The notes beneath the pieces were generated by a model that had not been told where the DNA came from, did no database searches, and saw only the letters and a list, made by a program, of their open reading frames with translations. A program made the position numbers and the translations under genes. This document shows positions 56,151-64,000 of a stretch of DNA of 64,000 nucleotides, one piece after another (position 1 is the first letter of the stretch; each line of letters opens with the position of its first letter). This DNA is from a bacterium (GTDB taxonomy: Bacteria > Electryoneota > JAOADG01). The stretch is from the NCBI GenBank assembly GCA_963681965.1, contig OY820579.1:352001-416000 (forward strand). Reading direction: 5' to 3'.

Positions 56151-57548
56151 ATGGCAGAAATGCAATTTGATTTGATCGTTATCGGATCGGGTCCCGGTGG
56201 CTACGAGGCAGCAATTCGCGCAAGTCAGCTCGGTATGAAAACGGCTGTTATCGAAGAGAAACATCTCGGCGGAATCTGTTTGAATTGGGGCTGTATTCCC
56301 ACCAAAGCTCTTCTGAAATCGGCAGAAATGTTTCTAACCATGAAACACGCCAAAGATTACGGACTCAGTGCCGAGGGTATCGGTTACGATTGGAAAGCAA
56401 TCGTCGCTCGATCGCGCAAGGTCGCAGATATGTCGATGCGTGGCGTCCAATTCCTGTTTAAGAAGAATAAACTGGAACATATCGCCGGACGAGGCACTGT
56501 CACCGGTAAAAATGAAGTTACTGTTACCGCCGCTGACGGCAGTACAAAAGCCTATTCCTCGAAATTCATCATGGTCGCAACCGGCGCTCGAACGCGTGAA
56601 TTGCCGCAGATTAAACTCGATCACAAGCGAATCATCGGCAGTCACGAAGCAATGTCGCTTCCGGATCAACCAAAATCGCTGGTGGTGATTGGCGGTGGTG
56701 CGATCGGTAGTGAATTTGCCTATTTCTACAATGCGTTCGGGACGAAAGTGACCCAACTGGAAATGTTGCCACGACTGGTTCCTGCTGGCGATGCCGAATT
56801 AGGAGATCTGCTGACAAAAAGCTTCGGCAAGCTTGGAATTGATGTCCGTGTGAATGCAACGGTGCAATCGATACTACCCACCGAATCCGGCGTGAAAGTA
56901 ACGTGGACTGCCGCAGGTAAAGAAGATTCCGTTGAAGCCGATTTAGCATTACTCGCGATCGGTGTGACGGGAAATGTGGAAAATCTCGGTCTTGAAGCGC
57001 TTGGCATCGGAGTCGAACGCGGTGCAATCAAAGTTAACAAAAACTATCAAACCGCTATCGCCAATATTTATGCCATCGGCGATTGTATCGGTGCTCCGTG
57101 GCTGGCACACACCGCCAGTGCCGAAGGTATCCATGCGATCGAGCACATGAATGGATTGAATCCACATGCTATCGATTATGAATCCATGCCTGCAGTGACC
57201 TATTGTCAACCCCAATTCGCGAGTATCGGTTTCAGTGAAGAACAGGCAAAAGAGCGCGGATTGGAAGTGAAGATCGGTAAATATCCGTTTAGTGCCAATG
57301 GTAAAGCACGCGCTGCCGGTGAAACCGATGGGTTAGTGAAATTAATCTTCGATGCAAAATATGGCGAACTACTCGGTGCTCATATTCTTGGTCACGATGC
57401 CGGTGAATTGCTCGCCGAACTCTGTTTGGCAAAATCGGCTGAAGCAACCGGTAATTTAATTCACCACACGATTCACAGCCATCCGACCTTGTCGGAAGCA
57501 ATCAAAGAAGCTGCCGGTGCAGCGTATGGATTAGCAATCAATATCTGA
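56151..57548 (+). CDS. lpdA: dihydrolipoyl dehydrogenase
   Basis: ATG at 56151 with GGAG RBS; GSGPGGY, GGICLNWGCIPTK, GGGAIGSE, YAIGD, HPTLSE. Confidence 0.97.
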   Translation: MAEMQFDLIVIGSGPGGYEAAIRASQLGMKTAVIEEKHLGGICLNWGCIPTKALLKSAEMFLTMKHAKDYGLSAEGIGYDWKAIVARSRKVADMSMRGVQFLFKKNKLEHIAGRGTVTGKNEVTVTAADGSTKAYSSKFIMVATGARTRELPQIKLDHKRIIGSHEAMSLPDQPKSLVVIGGGAIGSEFAYFYNAFGTKVTQLEMLPRLVPAGDAELGDLLTKSFGKLGIDVRVNATVQSILPTESGVKVTWTAAGKEDSVEADLALLAIGVTGNVENLGLEALGIGVERGAIKVNKNYQTAIANIYAIGDCIGAPWLAHTASAEGIHAIEHMNGLNPHAIDYESMPAVTYCQPQFASIGFSEEQAKERGLEVKIGKYPFSANGKARAAGETDGLVKLIFDAKYGELLGAHILGHDAGELLAELCLAKSAEATGNLIHHTIHSHPTLSEAIKEAAGAAYGLAINI

Positions 57549-57558
57549 TCGAGGCACA

Positions 57559-58668
57559 GTGAACGAGAATTCTACCGACCGCGAACGCATCTTTTTCGAA
57601 CATCTCGACGAACGGGTTGTTTGGGTACAAGATTTTCTATTGAACAATCGATTTTTGGAACGATTTGCTCCCGACGATATCCGAGAAGCAGTCGCCGCTT
57701 ATATCCGCTATGGCGGGAAGCGGTTGCGACCGGCAATCCTGTTATTTTCCTGCGGTGCCGTCGGTTGCGACGAACGAAAAGCCCTTCCTGCAGCTTCCGC
57801 AGTGGAAGTCTTTCACACTTGGACATTGGTTCACGACGATATCATCGATCGTGACGGTACACGTCGGGGTAAAGACACGGTACACGAACGGTTTCGGAAG
57901 GAATCGTCGCAACGTGAAAAATTCCCCTTGGAAAATTCGGAAGCGGCACATTATGGCGTTGCGATTGCAATATTGGCAGGCGATGTCCAACACGGGTGGG
58001 GCGTCTCGATGATGACCGAGTTGTCGTCGCAGCACGGGGTCGATCCGAAAGTAGCGCTATTCCTGATCAACCGTCTAGACACCCGGGTCTTGAATATTCT
58101 AGTCGAAGGTGAAGTGCTTGACGTTCAATTCTCGCACCTCCCCATCGATGAACTTACGGAAGAAGCCATCATCGATATGCTTTGGCGAAAAACCGGCGTA
58201 TTATACGAATTCTGTGCTCAAGCCGGTGCGATGATCGGACTTGACACCGACGATCCGGAACACCCGATCGTTCATGCACTGGGACGTTTTTCATCGCTTT
58301 GCGGTATCGCATTTCAATTACAGGACGATATTCTGGGTATCGTCGGTAACGAGAAGAAACTTGGTAAACCGGTCGGAAGCGATCTTCGCGAAGGAAAACG
58401 CACGACGATCGTCAGTTATGCTTATCGGCGATCCTCACCGGAACAGCGCATACTGATGGATCGTGTTCTGGGCAATTGCCAGGCGACTACAGAAGACGTC
58501 AAGGCAGTTACCGATTGGCTGGTTGCGTCCGGTGGTGTGCAGTATACGATCGATAAAGCCAATGGGTATATTCACGAAGCGTTGCCGTTATTGGAAGTAC
58601 TCCCAAAATCAAAATACCGCGATCTCTTGCAAGCGTGGGCTGAATACTTGATCAGTAGATCGTTTTAA
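57559..58668 (+). CDS. polyprenyl diphosphate synthase (short-chain, FPP/GGPP synthase-like)
   Basis: GGKRLRP, FARM HTWTLVHDDIID..RRG, AILAGD, KT, FQLQDDILG, GKPVGSDLREGK.T. Confidence 0.92.
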   Translation: MNENSTDRERIFFEHLDERVVWVQDFLLNNRFLERFAPDDIREAVAAYIRYGGKRLRPAILLFSCGAVGCDERKALPAASAVEVFHTWTLVHDDIIDRDGTRRGKDTVHERFRKESSQREKFPLENSEAAHYGVAIAILAGDVQHGWGVSMMTELSSQHGVDPKVALFLINRLDTRVLNILVEGEVLDVQFSHLPIDELTEEAIIDMLWRKTGVLYEFCAQAGAMIGLDTDDPEHPIVHALGRFSSLCGIAFQLQDDILGIVGNEKKLGKPVGSDLREGKRTTIVSYAYRRSSPEQRILMDRVLGNCQATTEDVKAVTDWLVASGGVQYTIDKANGYIHEALPLLEVLPKSKYRDLLQAWAEYLISRSF

Positions 58669-58711
58669 TTTATCTGTTTTCGATTCGCTTCTATTAACAA
58701 GCGAGGAGAAT

Positions 58712-59314
58712 GTGACACACGACGAACAAATGAAAGCAGTCGCCAACGGATTGTTGGCATCGGCAGAAGTGAAACGTGCTTCGGCGGCAAACGAAGTATT
58801 GCTCCAAACCATCTGTACGATTGCAGAGCGCATCGCGGATACGATTCGCAACGGCGGAAAAGTGCTATTCTGCGGCAATGGCGGTTCGGCAGCAGATTCA
58901 CAACACTTGGCTACAGAACTGGTCGTACGGTTATCTGGTGATTACGAACGTCCGGCAATTGCCGCACTGGCATTAACGACTGATAGCTCGATTCTAACTG
59001 GTTGTGCCAACGATTACGGGTACGACCATGTGTTCAAGCGCCAAGTAGAAGCACTTGGCAGCGTCGGTGACGTTTTGATTGCGATTTCCACTTCCGGCAA
59101 ATCGAGTTCGGTGTTGGCGGCAATGGCAGCAGCCCGTGCCAAAGGCGTTACCACTGTGGCGTGGTGTGGTGCCGATCCGCGCGGAATGGGCGCATTGGCT
59201 GATTACGTCGTTAGTGTTCCATCGCAGGTGACCGCGCACATTCAGGAAACGCACATCACACTCGGTCATCTTTTGATTCACCTGGTGGAACGGATTCTTT
59301 ATCCCCGGAATTAA
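58712..59314 (+). CDS. gmhA: D-sedoheptulose 7-phosphate isomerase
   Basis: CGNGGSAADSQH, AND.GY..VF.RQVEA, ISTSG.S, IQETH. Confidence 0.95.
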   Translation: MTHDEQMKAVANGLLASAEVKRASAANEVLLQTICTIAERIADTIRNGGKVLFCGNGGSAADSQHLATELVVRLSGDYERPAIAALALTTDSSILTGCANDYGYDHVFKRQVEALGSVGDVLIAISTSGKSSSVLAAMAAARAKGVTTVAWCGADPRGMGALADYVVSVPSQVTAHIQETHITLGHLLIHLVERILYPRN

Positions 59315-59395
59315 ATCACCAGCAGCATTGCAACAACATCACTGCTGCAAATTCAATCGCGGAACCTCTAAGCTGCGGGAAGCCATCGAAACACT

Positions 59396-61321
59396 ATGAC
59401 TTGGTTAAATTCCTCTCTTCTTCCGTTTCTGGCTGCAGCCGGTATTCCGTTGTTGCTATATCTTCTTTCCCGTCGGAAGTTGCCGAAAATTCCCTTTTCG
59501 TCCATCCGATTCCTGAAACTGCTCGAAAAAAAACAGCACCGCCGGGTCAATATCACGCAGTGGTTATTAATTCTTTTGAGAATTCTCGCGATTCTCTGTA
59601 TTGTCGCGGCGTTTGCTCGTCCGTTATCGGTGGGTGCTTTCCCGGTAGGCTCGCCCGCCAATGCAGAAATAACCATTGTGCTGGATCGGTCGGCATCGAT
59701 GGCGGCGCATACTGCTGCAGGTTCGCCATTCGATCAAGCGGTACGCGTAATTCGACAGTTTGCGAATACGCTAACATCACAGGATAAAATCACACTGCTA
59801 TTTGCCGACGATCTGGATTCAAATCGAATCTATACCTCGCTTCCGGTCATCAAATCGGCGTTAGATGGCGAGTCACCGAAAACACTTCCCGATAATATCG
59901 CGGGCGCGCTGGCTCGAGCCGAACGGATTTTGCGGGTTTCCAGTGCACCGTTCCGATCATTGATCCTGCTTACCGACGGTGTCGGGCAAAACGATACCTT
60001 GAGCATTCAACCCGTTCCGAATATTCGGTATTTCCGCTGGACCCCACCGGAAATCAGCACAAACAATCTGGCAATATCCGATATCCAACAACTCGAACCG
60101 TTGCTGGATGCCAGCTCGGGAGTAACCGTTCGCACGACAGTTCACTCATACGCCGAGAATCCTCAATCGACTGCAATCAAGCTGTCGATTGCCTCACCAA
60201 CTGGAAGTTACGAGGCGATCGGCGAACAAAATCTTGATATGGCGGCACATTCCGAACGATCGGTGGACTGGATCGTAAAACCTCAAGGCTCCGGACCTTG
60301 GCGGCTTCGCGCCGAATTGTTGACGGAAGACCTCTTATCGACCGATAATTCTCGAGATTTATCGATCCCGGCACAACGCCAACGAGCGGTAGCAGTAAGT
60401 GGCGATCCATCACAGATCCGGATTATCGCTGCCGGACTTGCGGCAATGAATATTGGAGTTGCTGGTGTCGGCGAGCGGACTTCGACCGTGGCAATTCACG
60501 CAGGAAAACGTCCTCCACTGCAATCGGCGCAACAATGGCGAACCCGGCTGGAAACTGGCGAGTCGCTCTGGTTAATTCCGGCTTCCGATGCCGATGTAAG
60601 TGAGTGGAATCGCTGGTTACTGGCGGCAAATCTACCACAATTGCAAACCTATCAATCGGTTGGTCGAAGCCGCTATCCTCTAAACAAAGATCAACTAGCC
60701 AGTTGTCTGCGCGCTTGGGTGAAATCGCCGGATATCGCAGTCGGTGGACGGTGGTCTGTTTCATCCGCTAGTATCAGCAGTTTGAATTTCGCCGATGGTG
60801 CTTCGGCTTGGATCGACCAGAAAGACGGAAAAGGGTATTTCCGATTGGAGACAATTCCGGTAACTGGTGCTGGATGGGAAACCGAACCGTTACGAATTCC
60901 GTTACTTGCACGCGGGTTGGCGATGCTGCAGGGAGTTGATGCTGCACCTTCGGTAGAATGCTCTGCGTCAGTTCCGATTCCTGACGAATTCCGTACATCA
61001 GTTCGTTGGACTTCACCATCCGGAACCATTGAATTCGCAGATCTAAATCGGATTCATTTCACCGAACCCGGTTTTTGGCGCGATGATTCCAACCGAATTT
61101 GGACGGCGACCTTTCCGTGCAATGAAAGCAATCGTAACAAACGAACCCGGTTTGGCGGAATCGCCGATTCGACCTTCAAACCATTACCGAATAGCCCGGA
61201 GGCTGCAATCACTTCGTGGAAACAGACCCGCGACGGTCGCGAGTGGCGCAGCTATTTATTGGCAATGGCATTGCTGTTGCTCGTTTCGGAAAGCGTGATC
61301 GGTCGAAGCGCAAACAAATAG
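59396..61321 (+). CDS. BatA N-terminal / VWA domain membrane protein
   Basis: IPLLLYLL.R...IPFSSIRFL...LLILLR...AFARP, MIDAS DRSASM, LLTDG, DN.R, C-terminal TM ending LLVSE. Confidence 0.88.
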   Translation: MTWLNSSLLPFLAAAGIPLLLYLLSRRKLPKIPFSSIRFLKLLEKKQHRRVNITQWLLILLRILAILCIVAAFARPLSVGAFPVGSPANAEITIVLDRSASMAAHTAAGSPFDQAVRVIRQFANTLTSQDKITLLFADDLDSNRIYTSLPVIKSALDGESPKTLPDNIAGALARAERILRVSSAPFRSLILLTDGVGQNDTLSIQPVPNIRYFRWTPPEISTNNLAISDIQQLEPLLDASSGVTVRTTVHSYAENPQSTAIKLSIASPTGSYEAIGEQNLDMAAHSERSVDWIVKPQGSGPWRLRAELLTEDLLSTDNSRDLSIPAQRQRAVAVSGDPSQIRIIAAGLAAMNIGVAGVGERTSTVAIHAGKRPPLQSAQQWRTRLETGESLWLIPASDADVSEWNRWLLAANLPQLQTYQSVGRSRYPLNKDQLASCLRAWVKSPDIAVGGRWSVSSASISSLNFADGASAWIDQKDGKGYFRLETIPVTGAGWETEPLRIPLLARGLAMLQGVDAAPSVECSASVPIPDEFRTSVRWTSPSGTIEFADLNRIHFTEPGFWRDDSNRIWTATFPCNESNRNKRTRFGGIADSTFKPLPNSPEAAITSWKQTRDGREWRSYLLAMALLLLVSESVIGRSANK

Positions 61322-61354
61322 AAGCGAAGATTTTCCAAAAAATATTCCTGATAT

Positions 61355-61393
61355 AAAAAAAACGCATCATTGACAATAGTCAGTGATGCGTTT
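61355..61393 (-). terminator. intrinsic terminator of ilvE
   Basis: Minus strand AAACGCATCACTGAC-TATT-GTCAATGATGCG followed by T8; lies between convergent genes. Confidence 0.8.
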
Positions 61394-61420
61394 AAAGCAA
61401 TAACAGTTGATTTTATAAGC

Positions 61421-62446
61421 TTACAAAGGAATCACGCGGGTCCAGCCGAATTTATCTTCGGTCGTTCCATTCTGGATCGATGTCAGCGTTTCGTACAGCT
61501 TTTTACAAACCGGACCAATTTCATCATTCTCTTGATACACAATGACTTTATCGCGGAAAGTGATGCTCTTGATTGGAGTAATTACGGCAGCCGTTCCACA
61601 GCACCCAGCTTCTTTCAAATAATCCAACTCATTAATGTGAACCGGGCGTTGTTCGACGGTAAGTCCCATCTCTTTGGCTAACGCCATCAGACTCATGTTG
61701 GTGACACTGGGTAAGATCGAGTTGGATTTGGGGGTAATATATTTCCCATCCGCGGTGATGCCGAAAAAGTTTGCGGGACCAGATTCGTCGATATACTCTT
61801 TTTTAATTGCATCGAGATAAAGCACTTCGGTATAACCGTTGTTATGTGCTTTGACTGTCGCACGTAACCCGGCAGCGTAATTTCCACCGACTTTGACGTC
61901 TCCAACCCCAAGCGGTGCGGCACGGTCGATTGTGTCTTCAACGATCAATTTGATCGGTTTGACCCCGGTTTTAAAGTAGGGTCCGACAGGAGTACAGAAG
62001 ACAAGGAACATGTACTCAGTCGCCGGTTTAACACCAACCAACGGCGAGATACCAACCAGTAGCGGGCGAATATACAGACTGGCACCGCTGCCATAAGGGG
62101 GAATGAACCGTTTATTGAGCTGAACCAGCTTATCAATGGCATTTAAAAACTTGTCTTTGGGGAACGGGACCATCTCAATTTTTTGAGCTGACCGGTACAT
62201 CCGATGTGCATTTTCTTCTGCTCGAAAAATGAGGGCTTGACCGTTCTTGTTTTCGAATACTTTGACACCCTCGAAACACTCCTGTCCATAGTGAAGGCAA
62301 GTGGCAGCAATGCTCAATTTTACCGAGTCTTCGTTAACGATTTGACCCTCGTCCCATTTACCGTCCCGATAGTAGTACTCGAGATGACAGTCGGTTTTCA
62401 GGTACCCAAACGGGAGCGATTGCCAGTTGATTTGCGCCTTGTCCAC
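61421..62446 (-). CDS. ilvE: branched-chain amino acid aminotransferase
   Basis: LHYGQECFEG.K, SLYIRP, KVGGNYAA (PLP lysine), SILPSVT, CGTAAVITP; GTG start with GAGGA RBS. Confidence 0.95.
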   Translation of the reverse strand: MDKAQINWQSLPFGYLKTDCHLEYYYRDGKWDEGQIVNEDSVKLSIAATCLHYGQECFEGVKVFENKNGQALIFRAEENAHRMYRSAQKIEMVPFPKDKFLNAIDKLVQLNKRFIPPYGSGASLYIRPLLVGISPLVGVKPATEYMFLVFCTPVGPYFKTGVKPIKLIVEDTIDRAAPLGVGDVKVGGNYAAGLRATVKAHNNGYTEVLYLDAIKKEYIDESGPANFFGITADGKYITPKSNSILPSVTNMSLMALAKEMGLTVEQRPVHINELDYLKEAGCCGTAAVITPIKSITFRDKVIVYQENDEIGPVCKKLYETLTSIQNGTTEDKFGWTRVIPL

Positions 62447-62891
62447 GAGAATTCCTCACTTGTTTGAGATTGTGGTACAACAAAGATAAATCAATTACCT
62501 GCTTCTTGCAATGGCACTAAATCCTCTGAGATACTCTTATTTTCTGCATTTCCGGAGAATTATGTCGAAAATCTGATCGCTTTGAACCAGTTAATCACGA
62601 TAGAAATCCCGAGTCAAGAGCGATAATCTTGTGAATTTCCTAATCGTGGTTTCCGGGAATGAAACAGGTGTACTATTCTCCGAAGATTTGTGTAATGAAT
62701 TCAGAATAAATAGTGGTTTTTGGTCGAATAGACCGAGTTGAAGGGGTAAACACTCGTGTGATCTGTCAATATTAATCTTAATTATGCTGAAAATTCAAGG
62801 AAATCGTAATAACTACCAGTCGATTTTGGACAGACGACTGATTTTTTAATAATTCAATCGACCTGACATCCACAGTTGGACCTTGCCTATG

Positions 62892-63008
62892 ATAGTTGTT
62901 CTCGAAAATAAGTTGTCATGATTCGGTGTCAGGCTTCGCCTGACCTGTGGGTGGAAGCGGGGTTCCGCCCCCTACTACCGATAACAAATGATTTTCAAGA
63001 GAGACTAT
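62892..63008 (-). mobile_element. ~115-bp MITE-like element, copy 3
   Basis: ATAGTTGTTCTCGAAAATAAGTTGTCATGATTCGGTGTCAGGCTTCGCCTGACCTGTGGGTGGA..TCCGCCCCCTAC..ATTTTCAAGAGAGACTAT; 10 bp after the TPR gene stop. Confidence 0.75.
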
Positions 63009-63018
63009 TGTAATTCAA

Positions 63019-64000
63019 TTACTTTGTCGCAGCTTCGGCACGTGCACGATATTCGGCAGCTTTTTCCAAGTCACCTAGTTGTTCATAAGTTTCATAAATA
63101 CTCTTGAAGATGCTAACGGTCTTCGGGTGCCGTTCACCCAAAATCGCTAGACAGATTTCCAGCGCATTTTGGTGAAACTCCAATGCCCGACTCGGCTCAC
63201 CTTTATCATTATACACCGACCCGATGTTATTGTAGGACGTCGCAACAAAGGGGTGACGTGACCCGAGCGCTGCGATACGGACATTTAGCGCTTTTTGGAA
63301 TACCTCCAGTGCCCGATCATACTCTTTTTTCTCGTAATACACACATCCCATACTATTGTAAGTATTGGCGGTAGCGGGATGCCGGTCGCCCAGCACTGCT
63401 AATTGGATATCCAACGCTTTTTGGAGAACCTCCGATGCCCGATCATACTCCTTTAAATTGAAATAAACATTTCCAATATTGCCGTAGGACAATGCGGTGT
63501 CGGGATGCTGGTCGCCCAAGGTTGCTAACTGAATTTCGAGCGATTTCCGGTAAACCTCTAGTGCCTTGTCGTACTCCCGATTTTCGAAATAAACACTCCC
63601 GATATTTCCATAGGACCACGCGGTATCGGAATGGCAATCTCCCAATACCGCCAACCGGATTTCCAACGATTTTTGAAGAACTTCCAGCGCCTTGTCCAAT
63701 TTGCCGATACGCCCGTAAATATTCCCGATACTGCTGTAGGACATTGCCGTAGCATTGTGATGTTCACCTAAGACAACTAATTGGATATCCAGCGATTTCT
63801 GGTGATACTCCAAGGCAAGATCGAACTGCCCCTTGTTAAAGTAAATATTTCCGATATTGTTATAGGTCATCAAGGTATCGGGGTGCCGGTCGCCCATAAT
63901 GACTAATTGGATTTCCAACGATTTCGTGTATTCCTCTAATGCTCGATCGTACACACCTTGACGGCTATAAATAATACCAAGATTTCGATGAGAAATTGCC
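63019..64000 (-). CDS. TPR protein with 42-aa (kinesin-light-chain-like) repeats, 5' truncated
   Basis: Repeats LG..HPDTA.SY.NIG.VY...EYD.ALE..QK.L.I; the frame stays open to the window edge (AISHRNLGIIYSRQG upstream of 63954). Confidence 0.9.
   Translation of the reverse strand, partial: AISHRNLGIIYSRQGVYDRALEEYTKSLEIQLVIMGDRHPDTLMTYNNIGNIYFNKGQFDLALEYHQKSLDIQLVVLGEHHNATAMSYSSIGNIYGRIGKLDKALEVLQKSLEIRLAVLGDCHSDTAWSYGNIGSVYFENREYDKALEVYRKSLEIQLATLGDQHPDTALSYGNIGNVYFNLKEYDRASEVLQKALDIQLAVLGDRHPATANTYNSMGCVYYEKKEYDRALEVFQKALNVRIAALGSRHPFVATSYNNIGSVYNDKGEPSRALEFHQNALEICLAILGERHPKTVSIFKSIYETYEQLGDLEKAAEYRARAEAATK

Noticed and set aside
62447-62891. Region upstream of ilvE as a T-box or attenuator
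   Set aside because: No T-box consensus, leader peptide or terminator hairpin recognised.
1-64000. rRNA, tRNA, CRISPR, prophage, integrase or defence-system genes
   Set aside because: None recognised by eye on either strand; tRNAscan-SE, cmscan and DefenseFinder would be needed to exclude them formally.

Overview
Gene-dense bacterial chromosomal window, roughly 45-50% GC by eye with AT-rich intergenic blocks. Two secreted proteins end in an 'NYPNPFN' T9SS/Por-type C-terminal domain, suggesting an FCB-superphylum organism (inference only). Left to right: (1) an FmdB-type zinc-ribbon gene and an Hsp20 gene whose sigma-54 promoter is superimposed on a CIRCE operator; (2) a ~21 kb minus-strand type IVa pilus locus (pilA, pilT, pilV/pilW-like, two tandem ~510-aa PilX-like genes, pilMNO, pilP-like, pilQ, pilB, pilC, pilD) with an SLBB/OPX-like polysaccharide-export protein and a ~1130-aa Ig-repeat lipoprotein inserted between pilQ and pilB, no pilY1, and a sigma-54 promoter plus structured leader ahead of pilA; (3) an ECF sigma cassette, M20 peptidase, ANT(6)-like nucleotidyltransferase, polA and an ankyrin/metallo-beta-lactamase fusion; (4) three giant secreted beta-helix proteins, one with a cohesin-dockerin block, followed by three tandem membrane-anchored TPR paralogs; (5) lpdA, polyprenyl synthase, gmhA, a BatA/VWA gene, ilvE and a truncated 42-aa-repeat TPR gene. 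A ~115-bp element with terminal inverted repeats around GTAG-type REP hairpins occurs three times, plus fragments. No rRNA, tRNA, CRISPR array, transposase or integrase was recognised. All calls come from reading motifs by eye; no database search was run.
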